DNA from: a virus | Length of the DNA stretch: 64,000 nt | Direction: 5' to 3' (one strand) | IMG/VR virus record: IMGVR_UViG_3300009523_000001 | Span: 32,001-96,000 of that record | In this document: positions 20,475 to 30,725 of the stretch, one piece after another | Layout of the letters: each line of letters opens with the position of its first letter | Position numbering within the stretch: position 1 is the stretch's first letter | Made by a program: the position numbers and the translations under genes | The notes under the pieces: generated by a model | The model's input: only the letters and a program-made list of their open reading frames with translations | Databases searched by the model: none | What the model was told of the DNA's origin: nothing

Positions 20475-21161
20475 CTAAGGCGCGGTAGCGCCCGCAGCAA
20501 TCCCCGGCGCCGGATGCGCTGCGAGCCACTTTGCGCAATCGGGGTACCCGGTCCACGGATGGTTCTTCGGCAACGACCACGACGAAGTCGGCTCGTGGAC
20601 GAGCATGTCAAGCGCGGTTGCCGCGCTGAACCGATCGGCATGGTCTCGTCGTTCCCAAATCTGCCAGTATCCAGCGGCTTTTCCGTTGTCTTGGTCGCCG
20701 AGTTTCGACGGGTTGCTCGAGATTCGTGTCTCCTTGTGTGCGATGCATGCGAGCGTCACCGCGTACTTCCATGCCGCATCCGGTCCGAACTGCGCCAGCT
20801 CCCCGGCCCGCGCCCGCACGGCGCCGAGCACGTCGTGGGTGAAGGCGTCGAGCCGCACCGTGCGTGTCGCCGTTGGCTCTCCACCCACCCGAATCCCGCG
20901 ACTGACATGCGGCGTGTCCATGTAGGCGTCGCTCAGTTGCTCGACCCGCCCGCGCAGCGGCGCGAACCACGGGTCGTCCTCTGGTTGTGACGGTTGTGCA
21001 ACGGGCGGTTCGACCGTCGGCGGCGTGTCGATGGTGGCGGTTTGGGCTGCTGGTTCGGCTGTGGGTGGCGGCGATCCCGCGTGAACCGAGGGGGTCGCGA
21101 GCGGGATCGTGAGACCCGCCAAACAGAGTGTGAGACCGAGTAGCAGGGTTGTTTTCAGCAT
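20475..21161 (-). CDS. Secreted lysozyme-fold-like protein
   Basis: Signal peptide, Pro-rich linker, IAHKET..DNGKAAGYWQI. Confidence 0.55.
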   Translation of the reverse strand: MLKTTLLLGLTLCLAGLTIPLATPSVHAGSPPPTAEPAAQTATIDTPPTVEPPVAQPSQPEDDPWFAPLRGRVEQLSDAYMDTPHVSRGIRVGGEPTATRTVRLDAFTHDVLGAVRARAGELAQFGPDAAWKYAVTLACIAHKETRISSNPSKLGDQDNGKAAGYWQIWERRDHADRFSAATALDMLVHEPTSSWSLPKNHPWTGYPDCAKWLAAHPAPGIAAGATAP

Positions 21162-21232
21162 CCGGCGAGCCTGCCCTGGGTCCGCGCGCAAGGTCAAGCT
21201 GTCTCTGCTGGATGCGGTAAGGTTCCAAGGTC

Positions 21233-21532
21233 ATGCCCGACGTCCCGCTCGCCGACACGTGCGTGTGCGGGTCGTCGTATTGGCACCGGCCCGCCGGCAG
21301 TGTGGAGGCAACCGTCCGGACGGGCACGAGCAGCGGGAGTCTCGAAGCATCGCGGTTTCTCTGGTGCCGCAAGTGCGGGGCGATCCGTGCCGTCTTCGAA
21401 TCGCACTGGCAGATTCCGCTCGACCGCGCTGGCGACGTCCCGCACTCGGTGCCGCTCGAAACCGATGAGGTGCCGACCCGGCCAGGCACGCCGGGCGCGA
21501 AGAAGACCCCCGTGGGTACCAAGAAGGAGTAG
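21233..21532 (+). CDS. Zn-ribbon protein
   Basis: CVCG..CRKCG. Confidence 0.55.
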   Translation: MPDVPLADTCVCGSSYWHRPAGSVEATVRTGTSSGSLEASRFLWCRKCGAIRAVFESHWQIPLDRAGDVPHSVPLETDEVPTRPGTPGAKKTPVGTKKE

Positions 21533-21558
21533 CTACGGTTGCTGCTCTCGTACAACGC

Positions 21559-23172
21559 TCAATGGGAGAGAATGTAACCCGATCCGGTGTTCGGATCGAG
21601 CAGCGATCCGGCATCGACCAGGGCCGCGATCGTGATCGGCTGACCTAGCCCGAACGTCCCGGTCGTCTGGTTGAAGCTATTTCCGGTACCGGTCGAACCA
21701 CCGCCGAACGACAGGGGACCGTTCGTGAGAAGCGTGGACGCCCACGCGGCGGCGCCGAATGAGTTGTAGAAGTTGCCACCTGAGTTGGCGTTCATGGAGT
21801 AAAGGCCCCACTCGGAGTTGCTATTCAGGACAACCGTTCCGTTCTCCTCCACATTGAATTGGCCCGCTCCCATGTATACGCCGGCGTAGGATGCGACACA
21901 CCCCAACGTACTGGCGGACACGGAAGAACTCGGCAGTAGGATCGTCTGGCCATTGACGGCAGTTGTGCCGGATGTGCAGACAAACTCCGACCGAGAGGCC
22001 CCTGCGACGAATCCTGTATTGCCGGAGACCGCGGTGACTATCCCGGTCACGTCTGTACCTTCGGCCTGCGCGATGCCCGTTCCGCCCCGAATGTTCAATG
22101 TGCCGCTTACATTGGACAGGACAAGCAGAGATGAGAGCGCATAGTTCGTGAAGCTGTAGTTGCCACTGATCTGGGCCATCGCGACGGCCGAGACTCCAAC
22201 GTTGCCATGACCGGACCACTCTCCGACGTTGGCCAAGGACGGGTTCTCCAGTACGATCGTATCGCCTTGCGCCCACGAGCTGTTGGTGCTCACGCCTAGA
22301 GACGGCGGAACGAAGTTCAGTGGCTGCTCCACGGTCGCCGATCCAGCGTCGACGGACAGAATGTACGCGTAGGATTGGCGGCCGGCGGCGGTCGTGTTCT
22401 CGAGGAGCTGGCCAGGTGCCGCGCCATCCGGCATACCGGCAACCGTGAGCAGAGTTCCGCCCTCGACGATGACTGGCTGCGTGACCACCCCTGCCTCGAA
22501 TGTCGTGACCGTCTGCGGCGTCACGAAGAGAGCGGATCCACCTAGGGTGGAGGCATCTTGGCTCGTTGCGTAATTTGGCGTGAAGAAGATGACGTCGGTG
22601 TTCGGGATCTGGGGCGTCAGGAGGTAGAATGCCGTGAACTGCAGCAACGTCGGCGACTGCGTACCCAGTCTATGGGTAATGATTTCGCCGAACGTCGCGC
22701 ACGGCAGCGCGATCGTCGTGCATGGGTTGGTGTCCGACCCGGTGGAGGCAACGTACCACGCGGAGATTCCCCAGGCGGGCGGGAAGATCGGATTGAAGGC
22801 GCCAGCAGATCGCGGGCGCAGCGGCTTGGGCTTCTTGCATCTCCATTTCCCGTCAAATGCAATGCACGCGTCGTAGTCGATGACCGTCTGCGGGCGTTGG
22901 TCGACGTACGGTGCGGCCTCGGATTCGACCAACGCCCCCTGCGAGAGTCGGTAGATCCTAGCAAACACCGCATTCGGCGCGTCGGCCAGGATTCCGGCGT
23001 CGGACACCTGTGCTTCCGCCGATTTCTGAGCGTCGGACGACTCAGTGACTGGACTGCACGCGAGGAGCGCGAGGGACACGAGCGCAACAAAAGTGCGGGA
23101 CATCAACCGATTTTCTTCCATCGCCCGAATGTACTCTCGCGCGTACCGTCTGCGATCGATGACGTAGCTCAT
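21559..23172 (-). CDS. Beta-helix-like spike/adhesin
   Basis: WYVASTGSDTNPC..PCATF; G/N/S-rich C-terminal half; degenerate fibre tag MSYVIDRRRYAREY followed by lipobox-like LALLACS. Confidence 0.7.
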   Translation of the reverse strand: MSYVIDRRRYAREYIRAMEENRLMSRTFVALVSLALLACSPVTESSDAQKSAEAQVSDAGILADAPNAVFARIYRLSQGALVESEAAPYVDQRPQTVIDYDACIAFDGKWRCKKPKPLRPRSAGAFNPIFPPAWGISAWYVASTGSDTNPCTTIALPCATFGEIITHRLGTQSPTLLQFTAFYLLTPQIPNTDVIFFTPNYATSQDASTLGGSALFVTPQTVTTFEAGVVTQPVIVEGGTLLTVAGMPDGAAPGQLLENTTAAGRQSYAYILSVDAGSATVEQPLNFVPPSLGVSTNSSWAQGDTIVLENPSLANVGEWSGHGNVGVSAVAMAQISGNYSFTNYALSSLLVLSNVSGTLNIRGGTGIAQAEGTDVTGIVTAVSGNTGFVAGASRSEFVCTSGTTAVNGQTILLPSSSVSASTLGCVASYAGVYMGAGQFNVEENGTVVLNSNSEWGLYSMNANSGGNFYNSFGAAAWASTLLTNGPLSFGGGSTGTGNSFNQTTGTFGLGQPITIAALVDAGSLLDPNTGSGYILSH

Positions 23173-23187
23173 CCGGCTCCGTCTGGT

Positions 23188-23216
23188 AGTTTCGCAGTGC
23201 GCCCTTGACGGGTCAA
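23188..23216 (-). promoter_or_regulatory. Shared structural-gene promoter, copy 2
   Basis: TTGACC-cgtcaagggcgcactgc-GAAACT (17-nt spacer). Confidence 0.65.
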
Positions 23217-23600
23217 GTGCGAGTTTTCCCAGCTAGAACACTGTTGCCGCGCAAGGCACGGAGCATCCGACAGTCTAGCGGATGCTTCAGTGCGCGTGCT
23301 GCGAACAGTCTCCGCACCGTCCGCATACGACGCAGACGAGCACCTGCAGGCCGTTCGCTTGGTTCTGGCAGTCATCGCCCGAGCACGCCGCGACGATGGG
23401 GTCGACGAGCCCCTGGGGTCGTGCACGCAACCAACGGTGAGAACTCCGTAAGGAGCACCAGTACAAACCATCTCACAAAATGACTGCCCATCCGACACCT
23501 CCCGCATTCACGGTTCCTGTTGCCACACGTGCGGTCCGTCCTCGGTCCATGATGCGGCTCATGGTGCGGTACTCAGGCTACCACTAGGATCCGTGACCGG

Positions 23601-23640
23601 ACTAAGTAATACCTGAGACATACTTAGGTATGTCGGTTAC
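23601..23640. repeat. Dispersed ~40-bp palindromic site, copy 1
   Basis: actaagtaatac-ctga-GACATAC-ttag-GTATGTC. Confidence 0.85.
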
Positions 23641-23657
23641 GGTCTGGATTGCCAGCG

Positions 23658-26600
23658 TCAAGTCTGGGTCGAGATGAGGCGATCGACGGCGGCTGAATCG
23701 AAGAACGCCAGGTGCGCCGAGGCGTCGTTCACCCCGAAGCTGACCACCAACCGATCGCCGTCGCGAGCCAACCCGGCGGCGAATTCGATGCCCTTGCGCT
23801 CGAAGTAAAACGGCTCGGAGATGCTCCGGATCTCGAGCTTCTCGGTCAGCCGGACGAACCGGTGAAGGTAGATCCGTCCAGGGGTGTGGACGACCTCGTG
23901 CACGAGGCAGAGGAAACTGTCTCCGTGCGGGATGACCTGCGATCCGCCGCGCAGCTCAGTCAGATTTTCGTCAAGATCGGTGATGCGGAACCGCTCGGTG
24001 GTTTTCTCCGGCGCGCAGTCGATCACGATCGTTGGGTCGCACAGGTAGAGGAAACTGCCGGGTTGCCCGAGGATCGGCATCCAGTTCTTCTGCGCGCGGT
24101 CGTGCTCGTAGTCGCGAATGACGCGGACGTCCGTGATCTTCCACTCGTGGTCGATCGTGAGAATGCACTGTTCGCATCGTCCATCGCCTAGATCGCGGAC
24201 GACGGCCGACGCGCGAAACTTGTCGCCGTCGAGCCAGAGCCGGCAGTCCTCGAACCCTTCGACCGGGTAGCTCGTACGCGGGAGGCCTGTCGCGTCGGTC
24301 AGGAGTGTGGGCGATCCGGTCGGCTTCCACGTCTTGTTCATCTCGAGGATCCAGTTTTTGGTGCGGATGATGCCGCTGCCGTCGATCGTGGGGTACTGCC
24401 CCTCGGCGACCGTGTAGTTCACGGTGCGGACCAGCACGAGCCGCCGGTCGCCCACGACGAGCACCGACGGGTTCATCGGCGCGTACCCATCGTCCGATTT
24501 CCAGTCGATCGCGCGCAGCTCGGCGCCGCAGAGCTCGCGCGCGGTCTTGACGTAGTGAACGAAATTCCCTCGGGCCTCGCCGCGCACGTTGGCGTCCCGG
24601 TCGATGGTCAGTCGGGCGCACGCGTCGTAGCCGGCCTGCCGGCGCGCGGGGAGCTTGCTGTAGAACCCGCTGATGGCGACATCGGGCGCGTTTTTGCGTT
24701 CGTAGACATCCTTCTCGACGAAGAGGATTTCGTCCGGGCAGGGCATCCGTGCGACCTGTTCGGCGAGGAGGATCGCCGCATCGCTCTTGCCGTGCTCGCG
24801 CCACCACCGCGCGAGCAGCGCCAGCGGTTCCGCGCGGGTGGGTCGGAAGTTGTAGGCGTCGAAGCAGGCGAGGACGAGCGCCGGCTCGTCGTTCAACGCG
24901 GCATGGCTGCGCGCGATGCCGTAGTGCGATGCCCAGACTTCTTCGTCCCACCCGCCGGCGGCAATCCGGCGCGTGTACCACTGGATGGCCTCCTGCTGCC
25001 GTCCCATCTCGCGGTAGGTGTTCGCGAGGTAGAACATATAACGGGCGTTGTCCGGCTCCCGGGTGAGGCCGTCCATGAGCAGGCGGATGTCCCGATCGCC
25101 CTTGTCGCCCTTCGACCCGCCGTCGTTGCGGTCGTCGATGGAGCACGAGTCGAGGTTCGGCGGGGTGTCGCCGGGAACAGAGAGAAACTCGTGAGTGACG
25201 CCGACGTACTGCGCGACCACGTCGCGCCGAACGAGCCGCGTATTCCAGTAGTGAAGGGCTCCGGTCAACTGCTGGAGCCGGTACGCGGGCGCGGTGAGCG
25301 CCCGCTTGTCCAGCGACCCCCGGAGCACCATGTCGGCGTCGATAAGCAGGGCGTAGTCCCATCCGTCGTACGCTCGTGCTGCCTCGAGCGACTCGTTTCT
25401 GGCCTGGGCGAAGTTCTTGAACGTGGTGCGGACCAATTTGCCGGGGACTTGGTGCTCTTTGAAAAACCGCTGGATCGTCTCGAATGTCCCGTCGGTCGAT
25501 CCGGTGTCGGTGATGACCCACTTGTCGATGAAGGGCAGCGCGGCCGAGAGGCACCGCTCGATGATGGCGCTCTCGTTCTTGACGATCATCACGAGGCAGA
25601 TCCGGGTGACCGTCGATTTCTCCTCCTTGTGCTTGCCGCGGGCGGCGGTGGCACGGCGTTCAAGCCGATTCATGGGGGTGTCTCCGTCACGTGGAATATC
25701 GATGATGCTGTCGTCGTGGTCGGCCTGGTACCAGTCGAACCGCTGGCCCTCTCGTTCCATCTCAGCCCAGGTGTTGACCTCCCAGGTGATCTGCTGCATC
25801 CGCCGGAAAACGGCGTGGTAGCGCTCGACGAGCTCGGGGATCGATTCGCGGTCGACGAGCAGAAAGCCACCGCAGAATCGCCAGTTCACGTCGTCGTCGG
25901 TCGCGCGCGCTGCGGCGGTCTCCTTATTCCAGCAGCCCGGTGCAAGTACGCATACAGACGGGGGATGGAGCGCACGCAGTCGGTCGAGGAAGCTCGCCGG
26001 ATTCTTGACGACCTTCATCACCGCGAAGTCGATCCAGGCGAAATGCGAAGAGGAGTCGTCGAGCTCGCGGGCGAGCGCAAGGAGATCGAGCTTGGCGTTG
26101 ATGAGCAAGAGGGAACCGCGCGCGTCCTTTTCTGACGAGCGGGTGCCCGGAAGCGTTCGGGTGCCGTCGTCGTGCTGGAACGGCCACAACGATTCGAGGT
26201 CGGTCAGTTCCACTTGAACGTTCGGGTGCTTGGGCGCTCGCTCGGCGAGCTGCCGGTCGAGAAAGAGGAGGATCGGCAGGCCGCTCGCGGCGAGCTCGGA
26301 GAACCATCGAAAATACGCGTCTTCGTCCACGGTTCGATCCCGCAGCCGGAAGAACGCTGAGACAAAACGGGTGCTGGAGATCGGACGTTTCAGCAGGGTG
26401 AGCACATCATCCATCCGGGTCGGTCTTTCGGGACGTTTCTTCTGAGACGATCCGCGCTCTCTGGCGAGTGCGTGGAGCCGCTCGTTCCACTCAACGCCCT
26501 CGCGGGTCACCATCTCCGCGAGCTCCGGCAGCCGACTCGAGCTGACCTTTTCCGCGTGCCATGCGACGACGTCGCGCAACGTGACCGATTGGAAGCCCGC

Positions 26601-28358
26601 TTCGGCGAGCACGGTTTGGATCCACGTGTCGCCGTACCAGAGGCGCAGCTCCGGCGGGATCGGGAACGCGATCGTGACCGCTTCCCGTGTCAGGGCGAAA
26701 AACGCTCCGGCCGTGTGCTTTGGGTCGTTGGTCGATTCTCCGGACGGCCGCACGGCGCCGGCGGCTTCGGCTTCGGTGCCGACCCGTCGACCCACCCAGA
26801 CCTCTCGCCGGCCGCGCGCGCGGTCGAACCGCTGGAGCAGCGATGAAGACCATCCTGGACTGACGACGAGGTCGGCGTTCGCAATGACGAGGATCTCGGC
26901 GTTCGACTCGAGAAACCGTGCGGCAAGCTGATTCCAGGCGGGGTTGACGTAGACGTTCTCCGGATTGCGCAGGACCGTAATGGTGGCCCCCATTTCGTCG
27001 AGCGCCGATTTGACAGCCGGCGCGCCGCCGTTGTCGATCGCCACGACGTCGACCCCCGGCTCGCAGAACGACCGGAGCGCGCGCACGAGGAGATCGTGAT
27101 CCTCCGCGAAGCACGGTACGCCGAGTACGATGCGGGTGCGCTGGGTGCGCGTCAGCACCGTGAGGCCGTTGTTGTTGTGCAGGCGGACCTCGATCCCCCA
27201 TTCCGGATGCGCCGCAATGAATTCTTCGACCGCGGGCCAGAGGCCGGGACCGACGTCGCCCTCGTCGCGGGTGCCGTAGGTCTCCGTGTCGTGCAGCACG
27301 ATGTGCTTGCGTACTTTCGGTCCGTGCAGGGCGAGCTCCTGCCGGAGCTGCGCGTAGGTGTGGATCGTGTCGATGAACAGAAGATCGGTCTCGTCGATGC
27401 CGACCGACAGCGAGCTCACTCGCTGGAAATCAAAATCGATCCCCGCTTCTGTGGCCACCTTCTTCTGAAGATTCACCTTGTCCCGGATGTCGTAACAGCG
27501 CATCCGCTTCGGCCGGCCGTGGAGCAGACCCCATGTCGACAGACCGACCCCCAACTCCGTCACGCGTTCGCAGTCTTTGGCGTACATCGAGAGCATCGGG
27601 ATGTGCTCGTGGATGTCCGACGGGGTGTCCCGGGCAGCGACGTACTGGCGTTCGATCTCTCCAAGACTTCTGCAGGCTTTGCTGAGCCGAGACCACGCAA
27701 CCCGGTCGTGCGCCGTCATGGAATGAAACTCGGGCACGTGGCCGCCGCTGACGAATCCCTCGTGCCACACGGCCATGCCGTAAAGCGTTCGCTGCCGAAA
27801 GCCAGCCTCCGAGAGCAGCGAATGGATCCAGTCATCGCCGCAGTGGATGAGCAGCTCCGGCGGGATCGGGAACGCGATGGACACCGCCTCCCGCGTCATT
27901 GCAAAGAAGGCGCCGCTGACCGATCGGCCCGACGAACCATCGACCGTATCGATGGATGCGGTCTGCGCGCGCGAGGCTTCGTTCACGCTCGAGAGGGCTC
28001 GTCCGAACCAGAACTCTCGGTCGCCCTTGGACCGCGAGTGGTCGCGGCGCAGCAGCAGGGAGGCGGACCAGTGAGGGGCTGCGATGAGGTCCGCGTTCGC
28101 GAGGACGAGGATCTCCGAGTCGGATGCGAGGAAATGCGCGGCAAGCTGGTTCCACGCCGGGTTCACGTAGATGTTCGTTGGGTTGCGGAGGATTTCGATG
28201 GACGGTTCCATTTCGGCCAGCACGGCCTTCACGTCGGTCGCCGCACCGTTGTCCACGGCCACGACGGCGACCTCGTCCTCCAGGAAGGATCGAAGGGCGC
28301 GCGTCAGCAGCTCGCGAGGCTCCGCGAAGCAGGGGACACCCAGCAAGATGCGCGGCAT
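23658..28358 (-). CDS. Multidomain glycosylation enzyme: GT2 / SAM methyltransferase / GT2 / HtrL-WlaTC-like / GT2 / TPR / propeller-like
   Basis: Duplicated RI(L/V)LGVPCFAE..DNG..NxYVNPAWN; ELGVG..LFIDT.H..LHDT; AWIDF..WRFCGGF; CLVMIVKNE..DTGSTDGT..DAD; FYLANTY; NPS..EDCRL..KNW. Start at TGATG overlap. Confidence 0.88.
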   Translation of the reverse strand: MPRILLGVPCFAEPRELLTRALRSFLEDEVAVVAVDNGAATDVKAVLAEMEPSIEILRNPTNIYVNPAWNQLAAHFLASDSEILVLANADLIAAPHWSASLLLRRDHSRSKGDREFWFGRALSSVNEASRAQTASIDTVDGSSGRSVSGAFFAMTREAVSIAFPIPPELLIHCGDDWIHSLLSEAGFRQRTLYGMAVWHEGFVSGGHVPEFHSMTAHDRVAWSRLSKACRSLGEIERQYVAARDTPSDIHEHIPMLSMYAKDCERVTELGVGLSTWGLLHGRPKRMRCYDIRDKVNLQKKVATEAGIDFDFQRVSSLSVGIDETDLLFIDTIHTYAQLRQELALHGPKVRKHIVLHDTETYGTRDEGDVGPGLWPAVEEFIAAHPEWGIEVRLHNNNGLTVLTRTQRTRIVLGVPCFAEDHDLLVRALRSFCEPGVDVVAIDNGGAPAVKSALDEMGATITVLRNPENVYVNPAWNQLAARFLESNAEILVIANADLVVSPGWSSSLLQRFDRARGRREVWVGRRVGTEAEAAGAVRPSGESTNDPKHTAGAFFALTREAVTIAFPIPPELRLWYGDTWIQTVLAEAGFQSVTLRDVVAWHAEKVSSSRLPELAEMVTREGVEWNERLHALARERGSSQKKRPERPTRMDDVLTLLKRPISSTRFVSAFFRLRDRTVDEDAYFRWFSELAASGLPILLFLDRQLAERAPKHPNVQVELTDLESLWPFQHDDGTRTLPGTRSSEKDARGSLLLINAKLDLLALARELDDSSSHFAWIDFAVMKVVKNPASFLDRLRALHPPSVCVLAPGCWNKETAAARATDDDVNWRFCGGFLLVDRESIPELVERYHAVFRRMQQITWEVNTWAEMEREGQRFDWYQADHDDSIIDIPRDGDTPMNRLERRATAARGKHKEEKSTVTRICLVMIVKNESAIIERCLSAALPFIDKWVITDTGSTDGTFETIQRFFKEHQVPGKLVRTTFKNFAQARNESLEAARAYDGWDYALLIDADMVLRGSLDKRALTAPAYRLQQLTGALHYWNTRLVRRDVVAQYVGVTHEFLSVPGDTPPNLDSCSIDDRNDGGSKGDKGDRDIRLLMDGLTREPDNARYMFYLANTYREMGRQQEAIQWYTRRIAAGGWDEEVWASHYGIARSHAALNDEPALVLACFDAYNFRPTRAEPLALLARWWREHGKSDAAILLAEQVARMPCPDEILFVEKDVYERKNAPDVAISGFYSKLPARRQAGYDACARLTIDRDANVRGEARGNFVHYVKTARELCGAELRAIDWKSDDGYAPMNPSVLVVGDRRLVLVRTVNYTVAEGQYPTIDGSGIIRTKNWILEMNKTWKPTGSPTLLTDATGLPRTSYPVEGFEDCRLWLDGDKFRASAVVRDLGDGRCEQCILTIDHEWKITDVRVIRDYEHDRAQKNWMPILGQPGSFLYLCDPTIVIDCAPEKTTERFRITDLDENLTELRGGSQVIPHGDSFLCLVHEVVHTPGRIYLHRFVRLTEKLEIRSISEPFYFERKGIEFAAGLARDGDRLVVSFGVNDASAHLAFFDSAAVDRLISTQT

Positions 28359-29611
28359 CACGAAGCTCGGAAAATGAGGACGTTGTCCCCGTACCACGGC
28401 ATTCGAGTGAGTTTCGTCCACTCGGCTTTCACGGCGGCAGTCCTCGTTTCGTCAACCGAGAAGCCCTCCGCGCCGAACTTCGTGATCCAGTACGTCGGCG
28501 GTTGGCAATTGATATGATCGTGGCCCCCTTGGCCGATCGGTGCGGCTGTCAGCAGGATCGAACCACCCGGCGCGCATGCCCTGCAGAGCTTGCACACGAG
28601 CGTGTCTGCGTCCTCTACCGGCAGGTGCTCGGCCACCTCCATGCACGTCACGAGGTCGTAGGGAGGCGACGCCCCAAAGGCCGCATCGCCCGCCGTGATG
28701 TCCTCCTGCCATAGGTAAAGTCGGACGGCGGCGTCTGCCCGGTCGAAGGCGGCCGTGGAGCCTTCTAGCCCCCACGCATCCACGCCCAGTTCGCGCAATC
28801 GGCCCACGAATTGCCCCGGACCGGCCCCCACGTCGAGGACCCTCTGGGGCGAGAGCAGACGAAAGACCATCTCTGCGGCGGTTCGGATGTCCGCTTTCTG
28901 GAGACCCTGGTATGCGTCGAAGAAGTGGGCGTCGTAGATGCCGTCCAGGTTGCGGCGCGAACGGTGGTAACTCGCCAGGCGCGGGTACCTGCGCTTGCTC
29001 CGGAAGAACCGATCCGCCGCCAAGGTGGGCGCTCCTCCGGAAGGGTCGGTTCCGGATTCCCCGTACATGACCAAGACGTCCTCGACCCACCGCGTGCGGT
29101 CCCATCCCGCCATCTCGACCATCGGGAACATCGTGGCGTGATCGACCGCGCGTCCTGTCCATGTGCCGTCCGGGAGCTTCAGGTCGGAGGGGTCGATGCG
29201 CTGGAAGAGGCCTGCCCGGAACGTCTTCAGGTGCGAGCACCGCCACGGGGCCGTACGCACGTCTTCGTCCGGTGCGTAGGGGGCGTTCGTCGCGTGGGTG
29301 CGACCGTCCTCGGTCGCGAAGGACCCGTAGGTGAGCCACACGGCCGGGTCCTCATAGAGGCGGGCGATTCGCGCCGCAACGGTCGTGTGCGCAAACCAGT
29401 CGTCCCCGTCAAGCTGCAAGACAACGGCATCCGGATCGAGGTCAGAAACCGAGTCGACGAGGTTCTCCGAGTGCGTCTTCGGAGTCGGCTGCGACGCGGC
29501 TTCGATGAAGATGTGCCGCACCGGGACCGTCTGGGCTGCGACCGAGTGGCGGCATCGGTCGGTGGGCGACGCGCGAAAGCAAGTCGAGACGACAACAAGT
29601 TGCGCGCTCAT
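28358..29611 (-). CDS. GT2 glycosyltransferase fused to class I methyltransferase
   Basis: LDGDDW, WLTYGSF, HLKTFR; VLDVGAGPG..CMEVAEH..HINCQ. Confidence 0.85.
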   Translation of the reverse strand: MSAQLVVVSTCFRASPTDRCRHSVAAQTVPVRHIFIEAASQPTPKTHSENLVDSVSDLDPDAVVLQLDGDDWFAHTTVAARIARLYEDPAVWLTYGSFATEDGRTHATNAPYAPDEDVRTAPWRCSHLKTFRAGLFQRIDPSDLKLPDGTWTGRAVDHATMFPMVEMAGWDRTRWVEDVLVMYGESGTDPSGGAPTLAADRFFRSKRRYPRLASYHRSRRNLDGIYDAHFFDAYQGLQKADIRTAAEMVFRLLSPQRVLDVGAGPGQFVGRLRELGVDAWGLEGSTAAFDRADAAVRLYLWQEDITAGDAAFGASPPYDLVTCMEVAEHLPVEDADTLVCKLCRACAPGGSILLTAAPIGQGGHDHINCQPPTYWITKFGAEGFSVDETRTAAVKAEWTKLTRMPWYGDNVLIFRAS

Positions 29612-30159
29612 GGCACCTCGACGTACCACACCGGGTAATAGAGCCCGTTTGTGAATTGGCTTCCGCGCCAGATGTTGAAATGATCAAACGCTTCGATAAC
29701 GGCTCGAACCAGGCCGGGATACTCCCAGGTGAAATCGTGCCCCGCGAGGACCCCGCCCGATTTGATCTTCGGACCCCAGGCAACGATGTCATTCTGGACA
29801 TCCGAATGTTCATGGCCGGCGTCGAGGAACACGAAGTCGAGAGACTTATCGGCGTAGAAGCTGGCCGCTTCCCAGGATGCGCCGAGATGCACCTGATCGA
29901 TTGCATGCGCGATCGGATCGAGCGCGCGGCGGATTCCGTCCGTGCCCAGGTCGTTGAACCCCTGATCCACGAGATCGAGCGTGGCGCCCTTGTCGGCGCG
30001 AGAGAGCTCCACACCGAGAAACGCCGCGCTCCGACCGGCAAAGACCCCCACCTCGACGCAGCGTGCCTTCTCTGGCACTCGCTTGGCAATCCAGGCGTAG
30101 AAGTCTTCGAACGTAAAGTACCCAGGCAGGGTTTTGTAGAAGTGCTCGATCGTTTTCAT
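29608..30159 (-). CDS. Class I SAM methyltransferase (Methyltransf_24-like)
   Basis: VEVGVFAGRS, DFVFLDAGH, GGVLAGHD. Confidence 0.88.
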   Translation of the reverse strand: MKTIEHFYKTLPGYFTFEDFYAWIAKRVPEKARCVEVGVFAGRSAAFLGVELSRADKGATLDLVDQGFNDLGTDGIRRALDPIAHAIDQVHLGASWEAASFYADKSLDFVFLDAGHEHSDVQNDIVAWGPKIKSGGVLAGHDFTWEYPGLVRAVIEAFDHFNIWRGSQFTNGLYYPVWYVEVP

Positions 30160-30725
30160 AACCGAACGCACCAGCAGGGGAAGAAGTGCCCCTGCATCTG
30201 CGCATCTCCACCGTCGGTGATCCCGGGCCAGACCTCGAAGCGGGCGAACCGCTCGTTGACGGCACGGACGACGCCGAACTCTGGATTCTGCCAGTGGATG
30301 TAGTCGTGTCCGGCGAGCAGGCCACCCTTTTTGACCTTGGGTCGCCATGCGTCAATGTCTCTGGAGATGCTATCGCGGTCGTGGTTCGCGTCGAGGAAGA
30401 CGAAGTCGAGCGACTCATCGGGATAACGGGCTGCGACATTCCACGAGCAACCCTTTTGGATTCTCCACGCCACGGGAATCTTGGCGAGCCGGCCCATCAC
30501 GGTTTCTGGAGGGCTGTCGTGAAACTGGTCGACGAGATCCACCTGAGCCGAGACGCCTCGGTTGACCAGCTCCACCCCCAAGAAGGCGGCGGATTGCCCG
30601 TGGTAGATGCCGACCTCCACGAGGTGCGGCGACGGCTTGCCGATCATCTCTCCGGCCACCCACGCGTAGAAGTCCGGGAACGTGAAGAAGCCCGGGATCT
30701 CTTTGAAATAGTGCTCCATGCCCAT
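30156..30725 (-). CDS. Class I SAM methyltransferase, paralogue of 29608-30159
   Basis: VEVGIYHGQS, DFVFLDANH, GGLLAGHDY. Confidence 0.88.
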   Translation of the reverse strand: MGMEHYFKEIPGFFTFPDFYAWVAGEMIGKPSPHLVEVGIYHGQSAAFLGVELVNRGVSAQVDLVDQFHDSPPETVMGRLAKIPVAWRIQKGCSWNVAARYPDESLDFVFLDANHDRDSISRDIDAWRPKVKKGGLLAGHDYIHWQNPEFGVVRAVNERFARFEVWPGITDGGDAQMQGHFFPCWCVRL

